Assembly: GCA_918797485.1 (NCBI GenBank)
Contig: CAKKNE010000005.1
Coordinates: 4,960,001-5,024,000, forward strand
Origin: Pelagomonas calceolata
Lineage: Eukaryota
Reading direction: 5' to 3'
DNA length: 64,000 nt
Shown here: piece after piece, positions 51,032 through 61,842 of the stretch
Numbering within the stretch: position 1 is the stretch's first letter
Layout of the letters: the number at the start of each line of letters is the position of its first letter
Program-made: the position numbers and the translations under genes
Notes under the pieces: generated by a model
What the model was told of the DNA's origin: nothing
Seen by the model: the letters and a program-made list of their open reading frames with translations, nothing else
The model's database searches: none

Positions 51032-54000
51032 CTACACGTTACTCGGCGTATCCAACCATTCCTGGGTGAGCTTCGACTTCAGCCGCGCCATAGCCTTCAG
51101 GCTCCCCGTTTGTGTTATGACGTCGTCGCTCTGCAAGCCAGAAACACTATCTTCTGCCGTTTGCTCCATGTCTCCGATGCACGCCATAAACTCCGCCTCG
51201 CCCTCCTTGAGGCCCCCGTACGCCTCCTGGAGCGCCTTCTGGTGGTACAATGACTTGCTCAGCATGCCGTGGATGCCGCGACCCCCGTCGCGCATCGGCT
51301 TGTGGGCCACTCTCTGCTTCTCGCGGGCGACGCGGAGGTCCTTGCACCGCGCCTTGTGCGCCTGCCAGTCGGCCTTTTGGTGATCGCGCGAGCAGTACGC
51401 GACGCATCGGCAGCCCCGACAGAAGAAAAGCTTTTGCGCGGGCGTTTCCACCACGCCGCAGTGCGCGCACGCCCGCGTGGTAGCGACCGCGCTGCGACCG
51501 CCGCCTTCGCCGTCGAGGGCGTCGGCCTGGGACGTCGGAGGAGTGACGCCCCGCGCCTCGAGCCTGCGGCGCGTGGCCGCGTCGAAAGTGTCCCAGCGGA
51601 AGCCGGCCTTCTCCGCGGACGTGAGCTTGTGCAGCCACCGCGCGACGCTGCTCCGCATGACGCCGCGACGGGCCTCCGCGGTTGCCGCGTCCTTGCGCGC
51701 GCAGCGGTCCAGGAGGAAGCGGCCGGACGCGGACGCGGCGAGGAGGTCTCGGACCGCGGCCGCCCAGGGCGCCGCGGCGCCCGCCGCGCCCTTGTAGAGC
51801 CGCGCGGCGGCGAAGATGGCGTCGCACGAAACCACGAGCGCCTCCTCGTCGAGGTCGATGTCGCCGCCGTTCTCGTCCGAGAGCGGGCTGTTCCCGTCAA
51901 GCGCGGCGAGCGCGTATGTCCTCAAGAAACCGCAGACGTCGCCCTCGGCCCGGTCGACCCAGAACTCGGGCGTGTGGAGATGCTCGCGGAACAGTCGCTG
52001 GAAGAGGTGGTGGTGGTCGCTCGACACCGCGACAATCACGGCGCAGGCCACGACCGCGCCGGGTTTCGTTGCGAAATCCGTGCCAAACTTCTCCCGCCGC
52101 CCCGCATCTTCGTCGCCCCAGCCGTAGCGACCGGTGCCGGCCATCCGACCCAACGCGTACTCGAGATAGCGCCCGCCCGCGTAGAGGCCGAGCTCGTGCC
52201 GGTCGGCGGACGCGAGACCGACGAGTCGCGCCGTCGCCGTGTCCCGGAGCTTGCGGCTGGCCGGGCCAACGCCCAGCGCAAGGCGCATCAGGACCGTGAC
52301 GGCAAAGCAACCATAACACCGGGGCGCCTCGTCGCGTTGCGCACTCGCGTCGTCGGGCTCGGCGCCCCGAATAACGGAAAAGGCTCGAGTCACCCCCTTC
52401 GCGCTCATCGAGGCGCCGCCCGAGCGGCGCGCCAGGTGCTCCCTCACGAACACGTCCTCGGCGTCCTCCTCTTCGCGGCACGGGTCTTCGTCGGCGTCGC
52501 AATCGTCGGCTGCGCTCCCGGTGAGCCGCGCCCGGCAGGCGCGGTCGCGGCGGTCGAGGCCGAAGACGTCCCAGCGCGGGGATTCGAGGAAGACGAGGCT
52601 CCGGAGGTCGTCCGACGCCGCGACGGCGCGAAGCGGCAGGCACCGCGCGATCTTGCGGAGCTCCTCCTCGACCATGCCCACCGCCACCTGGGCCCTCGCG
52701 TCGCGGTAGCCGCGCCGCACGACGTGGCAAACGGCGGCAACGGCAGAAACGACGTCGGTGCCGAACCGCGCCAACCGCTTCGGGGACCTCTCGCCCAGGT
52801 GCGCGACGACGTCCATCCGCAAGCGATCGAGCGCAGCCTCGATGCGAGGTCCTATCCCCCTCTTGTCGTCGCTCGCGAGCCAGTCTGACTCATCGACGTG
52901 CGACACGAGCAGCCACGAGCGGCTCGCCCATCGGGACTCCTCGAGGCGGTCCGCGATCGAGCGCCCGTCCACGATGATGCCGTCGCCAGCGCTGTCGCGC
53001 GCGAGCGGCGTCAGGATCTTCGTCGCCTCCATCGCGCCGCCGCTCGGGTCTAGCGCCAAGAGCGCGTCGGCCAGCCGGACGCGCGCGGTGCGCACGTCCG
53101 CCTGGGGCTCTTGGTCAAATTTCAGGTTCGAAGCTTTCGCGGATATCCTGGTCGAGTGAGGCGGCGCTAGTGCCACGGCGAATCGCTCCTTTGCTTTAAC
53201 GTAGGCCAGAACGGTGCCACGCGCGCCGTTCAAGTCCGCCCGTGATACGAGTCCGGTGATTTGTACGCCCCTGCCGACGTCGGCCGCGTCGATGGCTGCC
53301 CGCGCGTCCGCGACGGCTGTCTCGAGAACGGCGCGCGCCGGCCCGTTATAACCGGGTCCGAGGCTGCGCGCGTACCGACCGAGTAGCGCGCGGCAGCGCG
53401 AGAGCCTGGAGAGCGCATTCGCAAGCTCGCCTGCCTCGAAGTGGGCCCGCCGCGCGAGGTCGACGGCGCAGCGCAGCAGGGTCTCTGCCGCCCAGGGCTT
53501 GTCCTCCTCCATAAATACCTCGGCCAGCTTTGAGGCCTTATCTGCCGTGCGCGCCGTGCTCACGGCGTTCGTCACCCAGGCCGGGGGCGCCTCGGCGTAC
53601 CGCAACTGCTCGATGGCCGTGGCGGCAAATGCGGCGGACGCCTCCTGCTGCTTGCGTTGCGCGATGTTTAAGGCGGCGGCCTCCGAGATGTCATTCATGA
53701 TCGCGGCGTTGTCGAAACCCAGGCGCGGCGTCAAAACTTCTATCGCTATTGCCGCGTGTTTCGCGGTGCTGGAGAGGTGCTTTGCGTGCACGCCGGACCC
53801 CTGGAGCGCTTGGAATATGCATTTCGCTCCGTGAAGCCTGTCGAAAAGAGCGCTGATCAGCTGGCCCTCCGACGGAGGCGGCAGGCCCTGGGTCGGCATT
53901 CGTTTAATGGAAAACATGAAACCATCGTAGAAGGTACGGCGTTTGGCTTCGGTGTCCGCCCGGCAGCCCTGCGCGTAATCCAGGTACACTTTGCCGAGTT

Positions 54001-54130
54001 CCGGCATGTCAAACTCATCCGCGATTGCTGCAAGCTTTGTAAACTCGCGTCCAATTTCCTTAAGATTCAATATCCGGCCATAGTCGGTTTGCATAAGCAT
54101 GACATGAGCTGGATTTAGCCCCTCCATCAT
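51032..54130 (-). CDS. Large helical/TPR-like protein with C-terminal MYND zinc finger
   Basis: CAHCG..LFFCRGCRCVAYCSRDHQKADWQAHKARC; internal VQITGLVSRADLNGARGTV module. First ATGs at 54130/54127. Confidence 0.82.
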   Translation of the reverse strand: MMEGLNPAHVMLMQTDYGRILNLKEIGREFTKLAAIADEFDMPELGKVYLDYAQGCRADTEAKRRTFYDGFMFSIKRMPTQGLPPPSEGQLISALFDRLHGAKCIFQALQGSGVHAKHLSSTAKHAAIAIEVLTPRLGFDNAAIMNDISEAAALNIAQRKQQEASAAFAATAIEQLRYAEAPPAWVTNAVSTARTADKASKLAEVFMEEDKPWAAETLLRCAVDLARRAHFEAGELANALSRLSRCRALLGRYARSLGPGYNGPARAVLETAVADARAAIDAADVGRGVQITGLVSRADLNGARGTVLAYVKAKERFAVALAPPHSTRISAKASNLKFDQEPQADVRTARVRLADALLALDPSGGAMEATKILTPLARDSAGDGIIVDGRSIADRLEESRWASRSWLLVSHVDESDWLASDDKRGIGPRIEAALDRLRMDVVAHLGERSPKRLARFGTDVVSAVAAVCHVVRRGYRDARAQVAVGMVEEELRKIARCLPLRAVAASDDLRSLVFLESPRWDVFGLDRRDRACRARLTGSAADDCDADEDPCREEEDAEDVFVREHLARRSGGASMSAKGVTRAFSVIRGAEPDDASAQRDEAPRCYGCFAVTVLMRLALGVGPASRKLRDTATARLVGLASADRHELGLYAGGRYLEYALGRMAGTGRYGWGDEDAGRREKFGTDFATKPGAVVACAVIVAVSSDHHHLFQRLFREHLHTPEFWVDRAEGDVCGFLRTYALAALDGNSPLSDENGGDIDLDEEALVVSCDAIFAAARLYKGAAGAAAPWAAAVRDLLAASASGRFLLDRCARKDAATAEARRGVMRSSVARWLHKLTSAEKAGFRWDTFDAATRRRLEARGVTPPTSQADALDGEGGGRSAVATTRACAHCGVVETPAQKLFFCRGCRCVAYCSRDHQKADWQAHKARCKDLRVAREKQRVAHKPMRDGGRGIHGMLSKSLYHQKALQEAYGGLKEGEAEFMACIGDMEQTAEDSVSGLQSDDVITQTGSLKAMARLKSKLTQEWLDTPSNV

Positions 54131-54315
54131 CGCGATGTGCCCGGCAGCAGCGATGAGGCCTGTGCTGCCAGCATGGCGTCGCTCTCCCAATATTACAAGC
54201 TGAAAAACTTCGGCGTCGAAAAATGGACGATCACAGCGATCGAGCGAGCAGGCTGCAGCGACGAATGCAAACAAATATGCCTCTGCTGCCGCCACCACCC
54301 AGCTTGGCTTGCCTT

Positions 54316-54339
54316 GCTAGTGTCTTACAAACCGCTAGC
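54316..54339 (+). promoter_or_regulatory. CTAG-TGTCTTAC intergenic motif copy
   Basis: GCTAGTGTCTTACAAACCGCTAGC; 186 bp from ATG 54130(-) and 244 bp from ATG 54583(+). Confidence 0.8.
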
Positions 54340-54582
54340 CGTGATCCCTCCGGCAGATATCCTCCCGAGCAAAGACCCGTACGCGACGAGCTCCCGCCTA
54401 AAAAAGAATTGCCAAGCGCCGGGTGCCTGCCAGTTGTCTGCGCTGCGCACAGCGCAGATCATAGCAAAGCACGCGCGACGCACGGGGCAGCCCGCATTCG
54501 TAACGATCGCTGCGGATGGCCAGCCGACGCGTACGACGAACCGCGGGCCCGCTCGGGCAGCCCTGATGGCTGAGCAGACAAT

Positions 54583-57060
54583 ATGAGCACGAAACCGCGC
54601 CCCCACCCGCGCGGCGTCCAGTACCGCAAGAAGAAGCCGAGATCCATACAAGTGGCGCCGGCTGGTGGGAGAAGGAGCCGTCGAAGCCTCAACGAAACGA
54701 AGGAGGACGACGACGACGAGGAGGGCGGCAGACGGATCGTAGATGATTTTGACGAGGCTTTTGATGATGATGATGAAGATTATGGTGCTGTTTGTTGCGG
54801 TCTGGTCAAACTAAACGCCGCGCAAGCAGAAGTCCCGTGGGGCCGCTGGCACGCGAGGTTGGAGTCGAATATTGCCCTGTTTCTTATCTTATCCCTAACC
54901 TTTTTCGACATAACGAAGATGGCCCTGGACATGATTTATAAGCTCAAGTTGGAGGAGGATAGTAATTGGGAGTTAGTCGGTTACCTCACTTCAGCAGTCT
55001 TCGCGGTCGAGTTTTTTTTCCATCTGTACTGCCACGCGGATGTCTACAGCGTGAAGCACTTCTTCGAGATACGGGCGAACCAGATCGACGGCGTCGTGGT
55101 GACGTTGGACGCCATGTCCTACACGTTGGGGGCCGCGGCCGGTGCGGGTGGTGCTTTGGGCGCCGTGGCTTCTTCGGGCCGAGCATTACGACTCCTACGA
55201 CTCTTGAGATTACTACGACTACTACGAGCGGCAAGAGCAGCTCGCGCATTAAACCGGAAGAAACCCTTATCTACTTATGATCCATTAGTTGTCTGCGAGG
55301 AGGGCGATGTAGATACGGCGAAAAGGTTCATGGAGCCCGGTGTCAATCGGGACCGGTTCTGGTGTCTCAGTGACTCCGGCGAGTCGCCCTTGTACTTGGC
55401 AGCCAAAAGGGGCAGACATGGTGTGGTGAAAGCCATCGTGCGATCTGGCTCCCCTCGCGCGAAGGAGGCGGTGGAATTGCGAGATCATATATTGGGCGCG
55501 ACGCCGGTGTTTGTGGCGGCGCTCCATGCGCACCGAAAGGCCTGTCGGGAGCTGGCTATCCACGGGAGGGCGGATCTCACGAGCAAGCCCACTATGCATG
55601 ATGAGTTCAGAAAAGTATCTGCTGAAGAAGTGATAAAACATCGGTTGTGGCCCGACATCCTTCAAGCGGCGGCGAAGCAGCGAGCTGCGGACGCCGAGCA
55701 GGCGCGGAAAGATGAGCTCAAACGACAGCGCGAGGAGCAGCAACGGCTCCAAGAGCTCGAGAGAAGGAAAAGGTTACAGCTCGATAGCAAGGCCGGGAAG
55801 CGACGGGAGTTCGGAAGGGTCATGTGGAAAGTGACGTCCCAGGAGATCACAAGACGTACTAAGAGGGCCTTTTTGAAAATATGTGGCAATCTGTATACGC
55901 CCGGGGAAGATGGGTTAAGGGGTACGCGAGCCGCCTGGTTGAGATTACGGAAGCAGCGCGACTGGCAACATAGGTTAAAACAGCAGCAGGATCATGTGGT
56001 GAGGCCCTCGACCGCTGAAGTAAGGGAGAAGGACGCCAGTCGTCGAAGAAGGAAGAACGTCGCGCGACTCGGCATCAACTGGACGACGAAACGCCCCATC
56101 ACGCCCTGGCGTAAAAGATCGGAAAAGCGGCCCATGACCCGAGACAGACTGTTGAGGTTCTGGTCCACCGGTGGAAGGGGCGGCAATGATGAACATCCTC
56201 CGACCATCGGGAGGCGGGCGGCCGTCTCCATCGCCTTGCAGGACAAGGAAGCGGAAGCTACCTGGGCGACGGAACTGCAGCATGATGCGGAAGGGATTCC
56301 TCGCACGATTGAAGGGTCCGCTTATCGGCATGTGCTGAGGCACCCGATGTCCGATTTCAAAAGAGAACAAACATTGAAGAAGGACTCGAATACCATCTTT
56401 ACGGTCTTTTTAGATGAGTTACGATACGCCGCATCTCTAGCTCGACGTAGATTACCGGGATCTCGCAAGTCGACGCGAGGCTCCGAAACACCGAGGTCTC
56501 CCTCGAGGCCCTGGACGCCCTTCTCGAACCTGTTCAGCATGACGCCGCGGTTCCGACGACCCATGACGTCCAAGTCCGTGCGGTTTGAGGATGAGCCGCC
56601 GATGACTCCTGCCAGTTGGCGTAGCAGACCGAGGACCGGCCAATCGTTAACAGGCTTCGAGAGTCCATCACGACCGTTGACGGGGACCTCGACACCACGG
56701 CCGAGAACGTCCGGAAGTGTGCGCTTCGCCGACGAGGTCGAGGTCGAGGACCTCGAAGATCCGCTCGAGATGATGTCCCAGACTGCACCTCCAGTACTAT
56801 ATTCGAACGAGGAACTCTTCAATTCTACGGATCCGCTCGAGAAGAAGGTGGCGAGGATGGAGCTGCACTTCCGGACGGATGTGGATGAGTGGCTCACGGA
56901 AAATGGTACTTCCTCACCAGTCAAATACGAGCAGTTTGCCAACACGATGACGGACGTGTACATGGCGAAGCTGGATGGGATGGAGGGGACGCCGGCCGTG
57001 CGAGCCGTGCGGAAGCGCGTGATTGCGCAGATCGAGCAGCTGGCCGTCGGGAGCCTCTGA
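54583..57060 (+). CDS. Voltage-sensor-domain protein with ankyrin repeats and BAG-like C-terminus
   Basis: S2 FAVEFFFHLY, S3 NQIDGVVV, S4 RALRLLRLLRLLRLLRAARAAR; ankyrin GESPLYLAAKRGRHGVV and GATPVFVAALH; C-terminus AKLDGMEG..VRAVRKRVIAQIEQL. Confidence 0.8.
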   Translation: MSTKPRPHPRGVQYRKKKPRSIQVAPAGGRRSRRSLNETKEDDDDEEGGRRIVDDFDEAFDDDDEDYGAVCCGLVKLNAAQAEVPWGRWHARLESNIALFLILSLTFFDITKMALDMIYKLKLEEDSNWELVGYLTSAVFAVEFFFHLYCHADVYSVKHFFEIRANQIDGVVVTLDAMSYTLGAAAGAGGALGAVASSGRALRLLRLLRLLRLLRAARAARALNRKKPLSTYDPLVVCEEGDVDTAKRFMEPGVNRDRFWCLSDSGESPLYLAAKRGRHGVVKAIVRSGSPRAKEAVELRDHILGATPVFVAALHAHRKACRELAIHGRADLTSKPTMHDEFRKVSAEEVIKHRLWPDILQAAAKQRAADAEQARKDELKRQREEQQRLQELERRKRLQLDSKAGKRREFGRVMWKVTSQEITRRTKRAFLKICGNLYTPGEDGLRGTRAAWLRLRKQRDWQHRLKQQQDHVVRPSTAEVREKDASRRRRKNVARLGINWTTKRPITPWRKRSEKRPMTRDRLLRFWSTGGRGGNDEHPPTIGRRAAVSIALQDKEAEATWATELQHDAEGIPRTIEGSAYRHVLRHPMSDFKREQTLKKDSNTIFTVFLDELRYAASLARRRLPGSRKSTRGSETPRSPSRPWTPFSNLFSMTPRFRRPMTSKSVRFEDEPPMTPASWRSRPRTGQSLTGFESPSRPLTGTSTPRPRTSGSVRFADEVEVEDLEDPLEMMSQTAPPVLYSNEELFNSTDPLEKKVARMELHFRTDVDEWLTENGTSSPVKYEQFANTMTDVYMAKLDGMEGTPAVRAVRKRVIAQIEQLAVGSL

Positions 57061-57248
57061 CTCTGAGCGGCTCGCGGCGCTATCGAGCGGGCGTCGCGTC
57101 GACCTCCACGCCATCGACGCGGCGCCTGCTCGATAGCGTGGCGGTGTGGTTTCTCGGCCGCACGGCCGCATCCACCGAGAACGGAGGACTGTGGCTCTCG
57201 GATCGTGTAACAATGTGTGAAATTAGTCGGGGGGAATCGGATCTATAT

Positions 57249-58517
57249 CTAGGCAGCAATCTCCTGGGCGGCGTGGCCCTCGTCCTTGGAGCCGGCCGGG
57301 AGCGTCGTCGCCTCCGCGGCATACTCCTTGAGCAGGTTCAGCGCCACCACAACGTGCTGGATCTCCGACGTGCCCTCGTAGATCTCCGTGATGCGCGCGT
57401 CTCGGTAATACCGTTCCGCAGGCATGTCACTCACATAGCCCATGCCGCCTAGGACCTGGATCGCCTGGTGGGCGTTGTAGGTAGCCGCCTCCGAAGCTAC
57501 GAGCTTGGCCATCGCGGCCTCCTTCGTGTAGTTCCTCCCCGCATCTTTGTAGGCCGCGGCCCGCCACGTTAACAGACGAGCCGATTCCAATTGACAGGCC
57601 ATCTTCGACAGCTTCTCTTGGATCGCGTAGAGGGCTTTGATCGGCTTGCCGAAGGCCTGCCGTTCCGCCGCATACGTCGCCGCAATGTCCAGCGACGCCT
57701 GGGCAATGCCACACGCCTGGGCCGCGATACCAATACGACCACCGTCGAGGGTCTGCATCGCGATCTTGAAGCCATCCCCCTCCTTGCCTAGGAGAGCTGT
57801 TTTCGGGATCTTGCAGTCCTCGAAGATGAGATTGGCTGTCGAGGAGCCTCTGATTCCCAACTTGTCCTCCGGCGCGCCGACCGAGAAGCCTGGTGTTGAT
57901 CTGTCTACAACAAAGGCCGAGATGCCCTTGTGCTTCAATGATTTATCGGTCGTCGCGAAAACAACGGCAGCGTCCGCTTCTAACGCATTGGTGATCCAGG
58001 CCTTCGTGCCGTTGAGTACGAAGTGGTCTCCCGCATCTTTAGCTGTCGTACTGGCGGCGCCCGCATCACTACCGTTGCCCGGCTCGGATAATGCAAAACA
58101 ACCAATCTTCTCGCCAGACGCGTAGGGCTTCAGGAATTCATCTTTTTGTTGCTGGGACGTCGCATTCGCTGACACGGGAGCGCAGTACAAAGAGTTGTTG
58201 GCCGACATGATCACGCCAGCTGAAGCGCACCCTCGCGAGATCTCCTCCAGAGCTACCGCATAGCTGACAGCGTCCATGCCGCCGCCATTGTCCTCTTCAC
58301 TGACCATCATGCCCATAAATCCCAACTCCGCTAATTCATTCACAGCTTCGCGCGGGAACTTGTGGAGGCGGTCGGTCTCGCCCGCGATGGGCATGAGCCG
58401 CTCTTCCGCGAAGCCGCGCGCCACGTCCCTTATCTGGTCGTGGTCCTCGGCGAAAGCCATGAAGGCCCTCGTTTGTTGTGCATTGCGCGCTACGGCTCTG
58501 GTGGCTCGGCCGAGCAT
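57249..58517 (-). CDS. ACADS: Mitochondrial short-chain acyl-CoA dehydrogenase
   Basis: Transit peptide; [51 protein letters not shown]. Confidence 0.95.
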   Translation of the reverse strand: MLGRATRAVARNAQQTRAFMAFAEDHDQIRDVARGFAEERLMPIAGETDRLHKFPREAVNELAELGFMGMMVSEEDNGGGMDAVSYAVALEEISRGCASAGVIMSANNSLYCAPVSANATSQQQKDEFLKPYASGEKIGCFALSEPGNGSDAGAASTTAKDAGDHFVLNGTKAWITNALEADAAVVFATTDKSLKHKGISAFVVDRSTPGFSVGAPEDKLGIRGSSTANLIFEDCKIPKTALLGKEGDGFKIAMQTLDGGRIGIAAQACGIAQASLDIAATYAAERQAFGKPIKALYAIQEKLSKMACQLESARLLTWRAAAYKDAGRNYTKEAAMAKLVASEAATYNAHQAIQVLGGMGYVSDMPAERYYRDARITEIYEGTSEIQHVVVALNLLKEYAAEATTLPAGSKDEGHAAQEIAA

Positions 58518-58967
58518 GGTTGTAGCTGGTCTTTGTTACAGCGCAGTTGGTTGGTGGTGGAGCGAGGTATCAGCCTGCTCGCGATGTGTTTTTTTGCGTC
58601 AAACGTAGCTTGCAAAAGCTCCAATTGCGATGGAAGGGCCTCGGAGCAAAAAGTTGCCTCGCTAACTAAAGGCACTAGCACTAGCATCCGTCCGAGCGCG
58701 ATCCAAACGTCCCCGGACCCGTCGCCCCCGCAGCCAGGCGTCCCTGGGCGTCGCGGGCCTCCTGGCGGGTGCGGCACCCACCAAACAAAAGCGGCAGGCA
58801 CGCGGCCAAAGCTGCCCCGCCGGCGCCCGCCGGAGCCAACGCCAGCGGACGACGGCCGCGCCAGCAGGCCGACTCGACTCCGGGAACCGACGGCCCGCGG
58901 GGCTGCCCGCCGGAAGCAGCACCAGGACAAACAAGCAGCCCAAAAAGACTTGGCTGCCCGCCGGACC

Positions 58968-60434
58968 ATGGAGACCGCATCAAGACGCCACGCGAACCCG
59001 TTTCAAGCTACAAGAGAACTAAGACGAAGTGTAGCTGTCACCCGCTACGACGAGCCCGTCACTTCGCATTCCTTCCCGGGCAACAAGGCGAGGAGGCCGC
59101 GGCCGACGAACGGTGCCCTGTCGCCCCAGATCGAGACCGCTGTTGCGCAGGCCGGCGAGCAGCGCGCGAGACGAGTCAGGAACGACCTCGAGAAGGACGT
59201 CCGCAAGGCAAGGGAAGACTTAAGGGTGGTCACGCACTACGAAACAAGGCGATCAAGGTCCTATGACGAGGGCGAGGACGTGCAATCATTGAAACAGATC
59301 ATCAAGGACCAACAGCGACGGATCAGCGAATTAGAAGCTGAAAATGAAAGATTAAAAATGGAAAAAGTTCTGGGAACGGGCCGAGAGCGTCCGGTCCGCA
59401 TCCAGTCGGCGGCCGACGCGCCGCGCGACCCCATGCCCCGCGATCGCTACGCCGAGTCGCAGACGCCGACGCGGGCGCACCACGAGCAGCGGCGGGACGT
59501 CGCGCTGCAGCGCGCGACCCGTAGACAGCGCAAGCCCGAGCCGCGGTACGTCGAGCCGCCGCCGGGCACGCCGCCGCCGCCCGACGGCGAGCCGCCGCCG
59601 ACGCCTCGGGGGGAAGTGCGGATCCCCCAGGAGGCGTCGCAACGATCATCTAGGATGAGACGAGCTAGAGATGAACAAAGAATGCGTGAGGACTTGGCTA
59701 GGACGGTGTCCGTGACCCGAGACGACGAACCGCTCACGTTGTACGTGGCCCACGACAACGTGCCCCTCGGCGAGGCCATGCGCGGGAAGAAATCAGACGT
59801 CTTGGTCGAGACGAAGCATTCATCTGGAAAGCTCTGCTTCGTCTACGGGCGGGTCGGGTATTCCGGTCCTGCCGGCGAGGCGCCGGACGCTTCCGGTGCT
59901 TTGCAGTTGGGTTCTCGAGGCTGCTGGGTGTTATCCTTAGAATCGTGCCACGCGCGCTGCGTCGATCCGGCCACGAAACGGCGATTAGCGACCTTCGAGT
60001 GCTTGTCTCTGATCGAAGGCGAGGCCATCCCCTTTTCGTCTGTGGAGGACTGTCGTTCATTTTTTAGAGGGTGTACCAGTCGTGTTGACGTGGTCCTCGC
60101 GCCGCAGCGGCTGCGGGACGACGGCCGGCCGCCCAAATCTCTGGTGTCCGTCAATGAAGCTCCCTATCTCCCCTACTGGGACACGGACTCGCCGCCACGA
60201 AGATTAGCCCCTCAGTTCCGGAGTGCGGGTGTGGGCTACATCCGATTAGGGGACGACATGTCGCGCAACGGCCTCAGCTTCATCTCCTGCGACGCGGCTA
60301 GCTTTTTACTGGACGCGGGCCACGCTCCCAGCGCGTCATCAACGGGACGGCGCCGGTTGGAGGTCGCCGCGCCCGTGGATCCTTCACCATTGGCGCGGAC
60401 GCGGAAGGGCGCGCCGGCGGTGCACCAGTGGTGA
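58968..60434 (+). CDS. Hypothetical protein with coiled coil and globular C-terminal domain
   Basis: ATG 58968 (METASRR) within long ORF 58362..60434. Confidence 0.65.
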   Translation: METASRRHANPFQATRELRRSVAVTRYDEPVTSHSFPGNKARRPRPTNGALSPQIETAVAQAGEQRARRVRNDLEKDVRKAREDLRVVTHYETRRSRSYDEGEDVQSLKQIIKDQQRRISELEAENERLKMEKVLGTGRERPVRIQSAADAPRDPMPRDRYAESQTPTRAHHEQRRDVALQRATRRQRKPEPRYVEPPPGTPPPPDGEPPPTPRGEVRIPQEASQRSSRMRRARDEQRMREDLARTVSVTRDDEPLTLYVAHDNVPLGEAMRGKKSDVLVETKHSSGKLCFVYGRVGYSGPAGEAPDASGALQLGSRGCWVLSLESCHARCVDPATKRRLATFECLSLIEGEAIPFSSVEDCRSFFRGCTSRVDVVLAPQRLRDDGRPPKSLVSVNEAPYLPYWDTDSPPRRLAPQFRSAGVGYIRLGDDMSRNGLSFISCDAASFLLDAGHAPSASSTGRRRLEVAAPVDPSPLARTRKGAPAVHQW

Positions 60435-60473
60435 CGGTCTCGTCTTTATTAAGTAGGGTTCGAAAACTGACCA

Positions 60474-60959
60474 TTACGCGCTCCCCTCCGGCGACGGCGT
60501 CTCGCGGGCGCGGAGAAGCGCCTCACCGGCACGGACCGCTTCTCGCAAGCGTCGCGCGGTATCCTCCATCCCCCCCACGTCCGGATGCGCGCTCCCGAGC
60601 ACGCGCAGCGCGGTCGGTGCCAAATCCTCGAGTTCATTCGCTGCCTCGCGGAGATCATCGAGCGTCATACAGGGGTCTTCGTAGAGCGCCATCACGTAAT
60701 GTTTTCTCAACTTGAGCGTGGTGTTATTACTCTCTCCGAGAACGCGTCGTGCCACGGGAATCGTTCGGCGCAGCAGTGCCTTGGCTTCTTTGAAGCGTTC
60801 TAGACGAACAAGGCATGACGAGTAGTTAAGGGCTCCTATAATAGTTGCTTCATATTCTTCGCCCTGTAACTTTAGACGTACGGAGTATACGATTCGCTCC
60901 ATCCTTAGGGCCTGTTCGTTCCGTCCAAGACTTTTATACGCAGTTGCAAGATTGCTCAT
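60474..60959 (-). pseudogene. TPR-like 'ARRVLGxAHP' family member, probably 5'-truncated
   Basis: MSNLATAYKSLGRNEQAL..FKEAKALLRRTIPVARRVLGE..LDDLREAANELEDLAPTALRVLGSAHP; paralogous to 28964..29281. Confidence 0.6.
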
Positions 60960-61344
60960 ACAGGCAACTACGCGCGGCTCCAAGCCCTGGCGGAGACCCT
61001 CGGCGCGAGACGTCCGCGCGGATCGATTTGCTGCACGTTAAATAGCCGCGCCGCGGCGAGCGCTCACAGGTGAGTCGTTTATTATCTCCAGGACACCGGC
61101 GCGTGCGTTTTGCGTTGCAATAGATCGGCTGGCTTACAGCTGGGGTGGGGCAATTTATGAAACCGCTCGCGCGAGAGCAGTTGAGGTTGTGAGGGTGGTC
61201 TGGCGGTCCTAGACACGCCGCAGCGCCGAGTCTTGACTTGTCGAGCCGACGCGCGCGCCCAGGAGCGGCACGTGTGTCGAAAACAACGAACCACTGGCCA
61301 CCCCAAGGCCACGCCGCGGCGACTCAACTACTACACACTACTTC

Positions 61345-61842
61345 TTACCCTCGCCGCGGGAAAAAAACGCTGTGCCGCGACTGGTGCTTCTTGTGCTTGC
61401 CGCGAAAACCCAAAGGCCGGCCCTCGTTTTTGTTGCCCTTCGCGCGTCTCTGGATAATCTTTTTCGACCCCTTCTGCCAGCTCCTGAGTTTATTCCAGTG
61501 CGCGAGGACGGCGGCGGCCTCCGTCTTCCGCGAGCACTGGGCGCAGGCTCTTTCAATAATGTTATTCGCGGTCGCGTCGTGCTTCAGCGACTCGGCGGCT
61601 TCCGAAATATGCTTGTTGCGCGCTCGCGCGAGAATGACGTTCCGCGCCTTCACAACATGAGAACACTTCGTGAGCGCCCGCCGCAGCTCGGGGTCTCCCA
61701 ACTCAATGGCGAGCCATGCCACCAACGCGTCTTTGTCGTCGCGGCAGACGACGGGTCGGGGCTCCTGGCCCTTGGGCGCGTGGCGTTCTTTCTGCGGCTT
61801 GCGCGTCGCCGGCGCGTCGCCGTCGGTCATGTCACTCGACAT
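61345..61842 (-). CDS. Hypothetical basic protein
   Basis: ATG 61842 (MSSDMTDG), 199 bp from the motif copy at 62041. Confidence 0.5.
   Translation of the reverse strand: MSSDMTDGDAPATRKPQKERHAPKGQEPRPVVCRDDKDALVAWLAIELGDPELRRALTKCSHVVKARNVILARARNKHISEAAESLKHDATANNIIERACAQCSRKTEAAAVLAHWNKLRSWQKGSKKIIQRRAKGNKNEGRPLGFRGKHKKHQSRHSVFFPRRG

Noticed and set aside
51269..52888. 539-aa plus-strand ORF and many similar Arg/Ala/Pro-rich ORFs
   Set aside because: Antisense or alternate-frame shadows of real genes, expected in very GC-rich DNA.
58362..58967. N-terminal extensions from GTG/TTG starts (also 9445, 23618, 26444, 54298)
   Set aside because: Eukaryotic locus; extensions are low-complexity, cross promoter regions or overlap neighbours, so downstream ATGs were used.
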